Source of the DNA: Antechinus flavipes
Lineage: Eukaryota
Reading direction: 5' to 3'
NCBI RefSeq assembly: GCF_016432865.1
Contig: NC_067401.1
Span: 357,368,001 to 357,432,000 of the forward strand
Length of the DNA: 64,000 nt
Below, piece by piece: positions 1 through 11,057 of the stretch; within the stretch, counting starts at the first letter, position 1; every line of letters begins with the position of its first letter. The notes under the pieces are model-generated. The model did no database searches. It was given only the letters and a program-made list of their open reading frames with translations, and was not told the origin of the DNA. Position numbers and translations under genes: made by a program.

Positions 1-898
1 TGGATCCTCAGCAGATAAATGTGAAACCATAATGCAGGACAAAACTTCTTGAAATGTGTGGCATGACCCCATATGGGATCACTTAACTCATGAAATTATG
101 ATTTATTATTAGTAAATGTTTGATTTGTACACCTATTTTATATCCAGGGTCAAGTAAAAAATTCTCAGTCAAAAAAAAAAGTTATGAGTTGAAAAAGTTT
201 GAAAAGCTCCCCCCCCAATAGAAAATATGCAGACCTGGAAGGCGATGGGGTTCTGTATAGACTTTTATGTGAAAATAAAGTTATCTTTGTAACTGAGATT
301 GCCATGGGGTGTTTTACCCTTGGTCCAAGGGAAAGATTACTATCTGTGTGAAGAAGAGAATGGACGTGAGAACTTTAGAAATGAGAGAAATTATTGCCTT
401 GGATAGGCACACAAATGATGTAAAACTCTTTGCAGGACCAACTTTGGGAAGAAGAAAAACACTGGAAAACACTGGGAACATAAAGAAACTTTAACTCAAT
501 TTGCCATCCTTAAGACTTCGCAGAATGTCCTTCTGGGTGAGATTAAGAACTCTCTTGATTGAGCTGAGATATTTTGATCCCAGATAGAAGAGCTCATTCA
601 CTCTTTATATTGTCTAACATATTCCAATTCATACAATTTCCCTGAATTCTGTTGCTATCTGTTTGAATAAATGGATCTGTTTGCTTACTATATATTTGTA
701 GTGGTCTTTTGGGTATCTAGCATTTGGTAAAAGGAGTCAAGTCTTCAGATAGAAGCTTGGAGTATACCTTCCTCTTCAAAGGATACCAATAAAGAATGTG
801 ACTTGAGCTAAATGGAAAAATTTTTCCAGTGTAGCAATTTTTTAAAAAGATAGAGGGTTTAGATATTTACTCTGTTGGAGATAAGAAAGGTTGTTAAC

Positions 899-1218
899 AT
901 GGCTCAGCAGTTCATGAATTGCAAAATCAAAGCCGAACAGATGATGGTCTTCAGCAAGCCCACCTGCTCTTACTGCAGAAAAACTGTAGAGCTTCTCAAA
1001 CAATTGCCTATTAAACAGGAGTCCTTGGAATTTGTCAACATAACAGCTCACTGTAATACAAATGTGATCCAAGACTATTTGCAGCAGCTAACAGGAGTAA
1101 GAACTGTGCCTCGGTGTTTATTGGTAAAGATTGTATTGGTGGATGCTCAGATCTCATAGCCCTGGAACAGAATGGCCAATTGCTACAAAAGCTTCAACAA
1201 ATTGGAATGTTACAATAA
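899..1218 (+). pseudogene. GLRX: Processed pseudogene of glutaredoxin-1
   Basis: ATG at 899 gives MAQQFMNCKIK..KPTCSYC..IQDYLQQLTGVRTVPR. A 1-nt deletion near 1114 shifts the frame; the other frame continues (V)FIGKDCIGGCSDLIALEQNGQLLQKLQQIGMLQ* with TAA at 1216-1218. Intronless, 320 nt versus 321 expected. No TSD identified. Confidence 0.93.
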
Positions 1219-2070
1219 CTTCCAGACACTTGGAAAATGGAATCTTCTACAATGTGCTGGAATACATGCCTATTTTGCCTCTCTTTCAGTTTCTGGAAGA
1301 ACATTTTATTTTAATTTCTAAAATGTCAAACCAGAAAAGTTTTTCCCTCTTCTGGAGATGTTACTTCTGTTATCTTTCACATTTCCAAATGATCTAGGAT
1401 ATTATAACTTCTTAGTCCAATAGAAGAAGCACTAAATTCACACCAAATCCCATGGGAGAACTTCAAAACATGTTATTCCAATCTAATATTTTCTTCAATC
1501 CTCCTCATTTTACTCCAATGCCATAGACATACTTGTTTTATTCTGGTTAAATCAGCTAGCTTCTAAAGGCTTTTACCAGGTTCTGATTTGGGATTGAGTA
1601 AGTTTAAGATCAGAGCTTTATAGTTTGGAAGCTGGAAGAAGCCTGAGAGATTTAAATGACAGACTGAAAGAAGTTCTTGAAAGCTTTCTCCTGCTGTTCT
1701 TCACATTTTCTTTCCATCTGCTAAGGTTCCCAGGCTTTCTTTACATAGATTTAGGGTTGGAAAAAGGGATCTAAGAGACCATCTGCTCTATCCCACTCAG
1801 TTCATAGATAAGAATTGGGGATAGATCAACTTGTAAATGACCTAACATTCAGAAAACCTGATTTTGGCAACTTAAGTCCTTTTGGAAGTTGAGAATCCTT
1901 TAACTTAACATTTAGCTTTTGTTCTAGAATGAATACTAGAATGATACTAGTCACAATTCTCAGAAAAGTGGTTTCGTTTCCTAGAACTTCTTGTTCTAGT
2001 TGTTTCATTGATAGGTCAAATTTTTATCAAGTTCCTAAAATCATGGTCATAATATATGATGTAAAAGGGT

Positions 2071-2208
2071 AATTCAAATGTATAACTTATAATCACAAGC
2101 AAATAAAGTTATGTATAATTCAAATTAATAACTTATAATCATAAGTAAATGAAGTTATATATGATTCAAATGTATAATTTATAATCACAGGTAAATGAAG
2201 TCATGTAT
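2071..2208. repeat. Tandem repeat, 3 x 46 bp, directly upstream of the LTR
   Basis: Units start at 2071, 2117 and 2163; consensus approximately AATTCAAATGTATAACTTATAATCACAAGTAAATGAAGTTATGTAT. Confidence 0.85.
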
Positions 2209-2224
2209 AATTTCAGTGGGAACC

Positions 2225-2935
2225 TGTTGGAATCTTTACAAACTGCTAACTCATTAGAGTTGATATATTTTGGGCCAGAACCTGAAACAAGGTACTAAGT
2301 AGAACTAATTGATACAATGCTTGTGTTCACACCTTTAGTCATTGGAGTTCACAAGTATGGGAGATTCACAAAGTAAACTTTGTAACTTTGCCAGTTCACA
2401 CCTCCCTTGAAGCTCTTAGGGCCAGAGACCATTATGGGAGAAAATCCATAACCCCTCTCTCTTGTATCCCACAATTCATCTCTTTCATATATAAGAAACA
2501 GACAGAGGCTCTCGAAGAGAGATTCATTCCATTTTCCACTTGGCTGGCTGGTGGCAGAAGAGAGTTCAGCTGAATTACATTGGAGAGGAGCACTCTGGGT
2601 CAGACACAGAGCACTCTGGGAGAGCCAGAAGCCCTCTCTCGGAGGCAAGAAAGATTCATTACAACTTTTGCCTTGGTGCTGGCTGGAGGCAGAGGCAGAA
2701 TCAAAGGACAATCTGCAAGGGCTCTTAGAACCAAGGAGAGAGAGAGAGGCCTCTAAGCTAACTGGGCTATATTGGAGGCAATAAAAGATCTGAACTTTTA
2801 TCACCTGGCTGCATTTTGGGTGATTATTACTCTTAACTGATACTAAGGATGCCTCCAGAAAACCTCCCCCAAGAAACCTGCTTTCTCCCAGAGAGAACCA
2901 TTACTATATTATTTTCAAAGAAGAAAATCACCACA
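2225..2935 (+). mobile_element. ERV LTR (TG...CA, 711 bp), class II / ERVK-like
   Basis: Starts TGTTGGAATC and ends TCACCACA. TATA-like motif near 2486, AATAAA at 2780-2785. Homologous to the LTR at 19449-19951 and followed by a primer-binding site. Confidence 0.88.
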
Positions 2936-2938
2936 TTT

Positions 2939-2956
2939 TGGCGCCCAATGTGGGGC
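2939..2956 (+). mobile_element. Retroviral primer-binding site, tRNA-Lys(1,2) type
   Basis: TGGCGCCCAATGTGGGGC versus canonical TGGCGCCCAACGTGGGGC: one CpG-type transition, 3 nt after the LTR terminal CA. Confidence 0.88.
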
Positions 2957-5900
2957 CAAAATGTTGGTGTCTTGTTCTTCTTTATAATAATAATATAAGA
3001 TGGTTCTCTTTAATAATCATGAAATAAAAGATATTGAATACATTGTCTTGATTATATCTATTGAATAATGCCTCTTTTCAGTACCACATGGAAAAGAAAA
3101 AGAACTTCGGGCCAGAGAGTTTAGGAAACTCATGCAATAGTGGAGTAAGAATAAAAATAGAGACATAAACAATTAATAACCAAACCTTCAGTGAGCTCAT
3201 TGCCTTAAGAAAGATTAAAATCAGGCTAAAAATACCTTTTTTCAACCATCCTTTTGGTTAGTTTCTACTAACCTTACTTCCCTCACAAAAAATCCACATT
3301 ACAGCTTTTCCTCAGAATACAAATTAGTGTGTAAGTAATATGCAAACTCTAGAGCCACCTGTTACTAAGGGCCCTGCACCCCATTTGTATATGCAACCAA
3401 AAATCTAGACCCCTAACATCGATTTGCTTTACTTTAATACCTGGGAATCTAGGAGAAGCCTGAGTCTAAGACTTGATGAAAATTTCTTACACTTAACTCA
3501 CAATACTTAATAGTAGATCTTATGATATATTTTGACTAGTTCAGTCTTATTGGGCATTTTCAAAAGGCAATCATTTACACCATTCTAAAATGATTGTTGT
3601 CTTCAAGAGAAGAATATGCAGATTATACTTTAGCCATATCTCAGACCAATTAATACATTTAAAAATAAATAAATAAAATGCTGATCAGGTTATAGCAGTT
3701 CTTTTTAAAACTAAATATTTTCTGATTTTCAATGACTCCTTGGGCACTTTGGACAGAGCTGGGGTGGGGAGCAAAAGCAGCAGCAACAAGACCAATGAAC
3801 ATATTAGTTCTATATAGTGGCAACTATATTTCATTCCAAGTGTTTCTTTGCATTTAGGAACTCTGGAGGGAAAAAGCCTTTTTTTCATCTTCCCTCAGTA
3901 GCTTTGCATTCTTCTGGTGTTTTCACAGCTTAGCTGTCTTCTCCGTTGCCTAATAATGGTGTTTAGAATTCTTTGCATATAGGAATCTTTCCCTCTTTTC
4001 TGGGTTTGTTTAAATTAGGAACATTGTTTTTCATATACACTTTTATCAATTGGAAACTAAGCTTGATCTAAGGGCTACAGTATAAGGGAGGACCTGGATA
4101 CTTTCTTGTAACTAGCCCTTGCACTGTATGTGATGTATGTAGAGTGTTTGTATGATAATACATGAATATTAAAAATCAATCTATGCAAATGATGTATACC
4201 ATCATGCTAATAATAAGTTTTAACTGATGTAAAAAAAATAAAAATAAAAAAGTAGATAAAAATAATTCTAGGCTGATAATTCCTCCTTTAGGAAACCAGA
4301 GAAGCTGGCTAGCTTTATGGCCCCTTCTCCTAATCCTCTCTAGGTATAAATCAGTCTTCATTGGAGAGAAGTGGATAAGACTTTATAGATGTCTTTCGAT
4401 GTGTCCCATGAATTACATATAGAGAATTATGTGGACATATACATAATCTATATGGACAATACACATCCTACATTTTTAGTGGGTTATGGCAGATTATCAC
4501 TCTAGTGAGTTCTGTTTGAAAAGTTCAAAAGGCTTCCTATGGCCCTAAGTAAAGTTACTATAGCACATATCAAACCTTGTTTTCCCCTATTTTTCTTAAT
4601 ATCCACCTCTCAGAGGATTTGTCTATTTGATATTGCTTCCATATGAATTTAGAGTTTCTTTCTTCCTAAACACATCATTTCTTCTGCAATTTTGTCATGG
4701 AAAGAAAGCAGGAAGAAAATCAATTATGTAATAATAATAATACAGGAAAGGTTGTTCTGACATATAGCTATAGAGCTGGCACCAGAATCAGGAAGTCTTG
4801 GATTCAAATTCAGCCTCAAATATAAAAACTGTATGTTCCTGTTCAAGCCAGTTAACCACTTATTACCTCCTGTTAACTTTCTAGGACTCCAAGATATATA
4901 GCAAGTGACAAATGATATTCAGGGAATTCCCCATACTAATGAAATTAAAAGTTTCCACTTTCATGGAGAGGCAAGAATTCTGTCCTAGTTATGAGATGCC
5001 TGGTATGCAATAGACTAACATGAGAGAGAAGCCAAAATATCTAACAGGACATTGCTACAGGATACAAATAGAATGTACTACATATTAAGCTGGGTTGTTA
5101 TGGGGATAGAGCCAAGAAGGAAAGTTAGAAGATATTTTAAGACATCATTTGGTAATTTTCTAACAAGTATAGCAACTAAACTCCTTACAGATGGTCTCCT
5201 TTTACTTCCAAGAACAAAATTGGTGACTCTAAATTACTTAAGAAAGGGAATGAGTAAATTCATGACTTTTGTCCTCCTAAAATTCCTCAAAACAATCCAA
5301 TGGCACATGCTAAGTGCCCCAACTTGTGATTGTGTTGAGTAACAGTTTTGATAAGATGTTACATTAACTGCTTTCCAGCTTTTTGCACTGTGTTAATTTA
5401 CCACTGTGTCATATAAATAAAACATCAAGCAGTTGGGATAAGGAAGTATGTGCAAAGGAAAATCAGTTGTATAATTTAACTATAAGAATTAATTTTTTAA
5501 GTTCATAAGCATCTTGATCAGTCAAATTTTAGTGATTAATGGCAAACAATCTACTAATAATGATTTACACATAAATGTCAAAATTAACACAAAAGAGATT
5601 ATCTTTAATTTAACCTGTATATATGGTACATAGTTGTTTGTATGTTGTCTCTTTTATTACATTATAAGCTTTTTGAAGGCAAGGATTGTTGAGGGTTTTG
5701 CCTTTCTTTGCATCTCCAATCTTTAGCAGAGTGCCTGGGATATAATAGACACTTAATAAATGAATGCTGACTTGATTCATTGGTATGATCAATAACAAAA
5801 AAAAATGATACTGAGCTTCTTTGGTCTTTTCTCAACAAAGTTTTTATAAAGTAGACATTTATTTTATAAGCTTAAATATCTTACAAAAAAAGGGGGGAGA

Positions 5901-6339
5901 TATGTTAATTTTTGCTTCCCAAAACTAATTAATTTAAATTAGCACTCAAAATTAATCCAAACTGGAAAAAATATATACTCCCCATCCTAAAAACCCCCAC
6001 TAAGCTCGATTACCATTAATATAGCATTATCATTGACTTGCTATATGTAAAAACAAAAATTTTTATTGCTTAGTGGCAGAATTTGGTCATTATCTATTGT
6101 AAGGAGTATTGCTTCATCAAAAGACCAAATTTAGTTTTGGAACCTTATATTTTATCTAAAACAATCCTCCATTTTTCAATTAGGGAAGTTGTAATTAACT
6201 CACCTAATTATACATACCTAATTATGGTTAACTCATCTAATAATATATTTCTAGTATCATTTCTTATATTTGAACCCAGAATCTCTGACTCTGGACCATT
6301 GTTCTTCCTATTGTACTGAGCTACACTGTGAGATACATA

Positions 6340-6638
6340 TTTACCTATTTACCTATCTCCTTTTCTTCCTTTTCTCTTCCCTTTTTACTCCTTCCTTCCT
6401 TTTCTCCCTTCTTTCTTTCTTTCCTTTCTTCCTTCCCTTCTATTTCTTTCCTTCCCTTCCATCTTTCCTCCCTTTCTCCTTCCCTCTTTCTATTTTGTCC
6501 TTCCTTTCTTCCCTCATTTTTGCTTCCTTCCCCTCTCTGATCCTTTCTTCCTTCTTTCCCTCTTTTCTTCCTCACTTTCCACATGTATATTTATGTACAA
6601 TGATATGAAAAATGATTGATAGTTGATGTAAGGAAAAC

Positions 6639-6675
<37 letters not shown>

Positions 6676-6702
6676 GCATATATATATGTATATATATATA
6701 TA
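6340..6702. repeat. Pyrimidine-rich low-complexity tract plus (TA)n microsatellite
   Basis: Direct inspection. Confidence 0.9.
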
Positions 6703-7293
6703 CACCTTAAATCTCAAGAATAAATACTTTAATTTACAAAATCAAGCAAGAAATCTATAATCAATAAGTGGAAGTATCCCATGCTATACTGGGTCTTTTA
6801 TGTTGTTTTGATTATGTTACTTATCAAATAGCCTTTAAGCTAATGTCCATTGAGAGTTCATAATTAGGCATCGGCTCTGCTACTTACTATAGAATTTTTT
6901 TTACTATAGAATTTATTATTTTTTTAAAAGAATATCAAGCCTTTAAGCAATCATGTGTCCTTTCTATAAGATCTCTGGATAAGTGGTCATCCAGCCTCTG
7001 ACTGAATAGTTTCAACAAAGTAGAGGTCATTATTTCAGAAGTTAGCCCATTACATAGTGTTGTACTCATTGGTAAGAACTTCTGACTGGTTAAGATTGGA
7101 GTAACAACTGCTTTTGTTACCTGATCACTTACCCTAAGGTTGGATATGTGTCATCTTTGATTTGACTGTTTTTTCAAAGCAAGAACTCTCCCCATTTTCC
7201 GTGGCCATCCATTAGAAGTTTCTATTGCTCCTGACATACCGAAAGTATTCTAACAATGGACAAACCTCCAGGAGAATTCCATAAGATAAAGAC

Positions 7294-9618
7294 AAATGAT
7301 GGTAACATGCTCTGTTTGAAAGTGTAAGGCTCTTATTTGACAAAGCTCCAACCAGGTTTGTCTAAATAAAGTAGAATAGCTTTTTCCTGAAATATAGTAT
7401 CCACATTTTTTAGAAGTCCTAATTCTTAGTTTGTCTCTCCTTGATCTGTTTTCTAGATTAGTTGTTTTTAATATTAGATTTTCTTCTGGTTTTTGTTCTG
7501 TTTTGTTTTGATATTTCTTATATTGGTGAGTTATTGTTTTCTGCCTGGCTCAATGTAATTTACCACTCTCTATTCTAAGATGTCTACCTTCCCTATCTTT
7601 CTTTTCTCTTATTTTTGCATTTCATATATCCTTTCATTTCCTCTGGATATACCTAAATTTCTTGTGACCAGGGCATTTTTACTCTGAGACTTTGAGTTTG
7701 TAGCGTAACTAACCTTTTCAGGCTTTTTTTTTTCCCCTGGGAGTTTTTTTTTTTTTTTAATCCAGGAGTATTTTTTTATAGTGGAGCTTTCCTTGGGCAC
7801 TGCCTTTTGGTCAAAATGGGAAACTGAATGATACAATGAGATACTGAATGATACTGGGTCTTGAGTACAGTGGGCCAGACTAAATTTGTCTTTTAGGTAA
7901 CTTCTGGCCTTTTCCTAGGTTCTCTGTTGCCATAAGATTCAGAGATCTGTTCCTGCTGTAGGTTCTACTTGGTGTTTTTCTCCTTGCTACTGCTGGGCTG
8001 GGGAAGCAGGACAGGGAAAGGGAAATGGGGGGGGGGGGATTACTCCTGTTCTAGATTCTCACCACAGACTTCAGGGGCTGCTGAGGCTGAGTTTGCCTAT
8101 AGTCTTTTTTCTCACAACTTGGCCAGGGCCATTGATATCTAGCTGGATCCTGGTCTGAACACTATGAGGTTTTACTCTTCCAGGCTAAGATTGGGTTGGA
8201 GCCCTTTTAGAATTAAGTTAGCCTCAGAATTTGTTTCCAGGAGTGCTATACTGGACTCTTCTGGAATGTCCTAAGGCTGAGCCAAGTTTAATCAGTCAGG
8301 CAGAGGTTTGGGGAAGACTTAATCCCCTGCCTGGCTTAGTTAGGGAATGCCACACTAAACCTTCCCAGAAGGTTTGAAAATCGCTTTTCTGAAACCATCG
8401 AACTGCTGGGTCTCTGTGCCTCTGAACTTAGGCAAAGAATTCTGAGATCCCACCAAAAGTTCCAGAGTTCAACCCACTGTACTTGGTCCTCAACCTATTC
8501 CAGCAATTTATTTATCCTAGGATCACTGCAAGTTTGAGAGAGTCACTATGGCTTTTTGGGTTGGATGAGGGAATCTAGAAGTAATTCTCCCTATGGCTTA
8601 GTAAAGTGGTATATCTCTAAGCCTAGGAGGAGTGCTTTGCTAGATCTAAGACCCCTGTGCCCTGGCCATCTTCCTATAAAATCATTTAAAAGGGTTTTGA
8701 ATTCATATCATAAGAAGAATTTCTGAAGGAGCTGAGGAGCCTGGAGAAGAAAAAGTTCAAGGAGAAAATCGCAGCTGACTTGAAAAGGTGATTTGTGGAC
8801 AATAGCTTGTATTTTGTACTTTTGGCCCCAGGAGACATGTCAAAGAGCAATGGATGGAAGGAAGGATTCTTGTTCGGTTATTTTTAAGGAACATTTATAC
8901 TAGAAAGGAAAAAATCTTAACAATCAGAGTTATCTAAATGAAGCTTGCCTTAGAAGGTAGACTTCTCCCACCTGCTATTGAATGTCTCCAAGGAAATTCT
9001 GGATGACCATTATTCGGGGAATGTCAGAATTCTTTTTGGGGAGAAGGGGAAAGATGGGAGGATATGGATTGGATGGAATGGCACCTCAATTTCCTGAAGT
9101 AATTCTAATGTTCAGTGATGGGAAGTAGAGAGGAAAAGTATGTTAGTATTTTAAGTGCTGAAAGTCATGTTCTAATTCCAGACACAAACATAGTATCCCC
9201 AACAAGTTATCAATCTCATTGTACACCCAGAAGTGGGGAGGGGATCACATATTGAAAAACAAATCTCTTTAGTTCAAAATTGGGATTCTGATTTGTTTTT
9301 TGGATGGCGATCTTCTGCTAATTAAGCTACAATATGAATGCCTTTGTAGTAAAAATGATGGTAACATGCTCTGTTTGAAAGTGTAAGGCTCTTATTTGAC
9401 AAAGCTCCAACCAGGTTTGTCTAAATAAAGTAGAATAGCTTTTTCCTGAAATATAGTATCCACATTTTTTAGAAGTCCTAATTCTTAGTTTGTCTCTCCT
9501 TGATCTGTTTTCAGATTAGTTGTTTTTAATATTAGATTTTCTTCTGGTTTTTGTTCTGTTTTGTTTTGATATTTCTTATATTGGTGAGTTATTGTTTTCT
9601 GCCTGGCTCAATGTAATT
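7294..9618 (+). repeat. Dispersed direct repeat: 7294-7560 and 9353-9618 (about 266 bp, near-identical)
   Basis: Identical by eye apart from a 1-nt indel. Confidence 0.95.
7420..8750 (-). mobile_element. Old, degraded L1-like fragment (ORF1 / 5' region)
   Basis: T-rich L1-antisense composition and resemblance to old marsupial L1 5' sequence; no intact ORF; boundaries approximate. Confidence 0.5.
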
Positions 9619-10182
9619 GAGCAATTGCTATGGTTTGCAAACACTTTATATATATTATCTCACTTGATTATTACAACACAAGAATGTAGGCATTAGTATT
9701 AATGCCATTTTAGAGATGAGGCACAGAGAAATTGAATGACTTGCACAGAATCCCAAAGGTGAAGTGTTTAAAGCCTCTTCTTGACTCTAAGTTCAAAGTT
9801 AAATCTGCTATGTCCAGCAGCCTCTCAGAGAAGTAGTTATCTTGTTTTTTAAGTACTAAAACCTGAATACTCTCAAAGGTATTGGAAAGTGGATTCATTC
9901 CTCAGGTTCATTTTACAGTCTCTACTCCATCACTGAAAACACAGAAGTAATTCTGGCACCTAAACTTATGAGGAATAACTTTTATTGAGAAAGAGAAGGA
10001 GAAAGTAGGAAGAGGAAGAAGAGGACAAGGAGAAGATGGAGAAGGAGAAGGAAAAAGAAGAGATGTGGGCAGGAAAATAAGTAGAATTGGAAGAAGCCTT
10101 CTAAAATGGACAGGTCTAAGACAAAAGCTAGTTAGGAATCATTATTATTATTTAATTATAGCTTTTTATTATATATATATAT

Positions 10183-10231
<49 letters not shown>

Positions 10232-11057
10232 ATTTTCGACATTCACCTTACCAAACCCTGTGTTCTAATTTCTTCTCTCCCTTTTCCCCACCCTTTCCCC
10301 CAGTCAGCAAATGATCCAATATATGTTAAGCATATGCAATTCCTCTATAGATATTATGAATTAATTATTTTTATACACACATACATAGTCTAATAGGTGA
10401 AGCAAATACAACAAAGCAGTAACCTTGGATGCCTGCATACTGTTGCAAACTATTTTTTTCTACGATGATGACTCAAGTTCCTCAGAAAAATCTATAGTTC
10501 CTAGCAGCCATACTTCATTTTTTTCAGACATTTTCATTTTCCTGTGTCTATAACTACTTTCTTGACTCCTTGGGGTAGATTTCAATTTGGATATAATGGG
10601 GAATGGAGGTTATAAAATCTTCATAGCAATTTGGTTTTGTTCTCTCTTAGTTACTCATGAATTAAAGCCAAAATGATTGCAGCAGAATAAAGTAGATATC
10701 TCAGAAATCATTAAGAATTCTGATGGAGGCAACATTTCAGATCTAACATTTTAAAATGTCAATATTTTAACGAATAAAAAGCTTCCTGGATTCAAGATCC
10801 ATCTCTGACAAATATGACTCTAGGCAAGTCTCTTAAATACTCAGTTCACCCAGGCAACCATATAATACATCCTTTGTACCCCTTCTTAGTCTGTCCTATT
10901 GCCTATTGTAATGATTCTGCACTGAGGAACCCCAACTCTGGATTATTCTCAAAATCTCCCTTCTTCACTATTATTCATATGCTATTGAATGGAAATGGAA
11001 AAAAAAATCTTGAAACCATGCTGATTGAGCCTACTAAAATCTATGTTGTATTATCTT

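Noticed and set aside
2071-2208. 46-bp repeats as a CRISPR-like array
   Set aside because: Head-to-tail units with no spacers, in mammalian DNA; a minisatellite.
2349-2804. 151-aa minus-strand ORF, and a similar 105-aa ORF at 19633-19950
   Set aside because: Both lie antisense within the LTRs; their shared N-terminus reflects LTR homology, not a gene.
6270-6717. Low-complexity ORFs (F/L/S-rich, K/E/R-rich, HT or CV repeats) here and at 44638-45010, 57198-57464 and 62145-62429
   Set aside because: Translations of microsatellites and purine/pyrimidine tracts.
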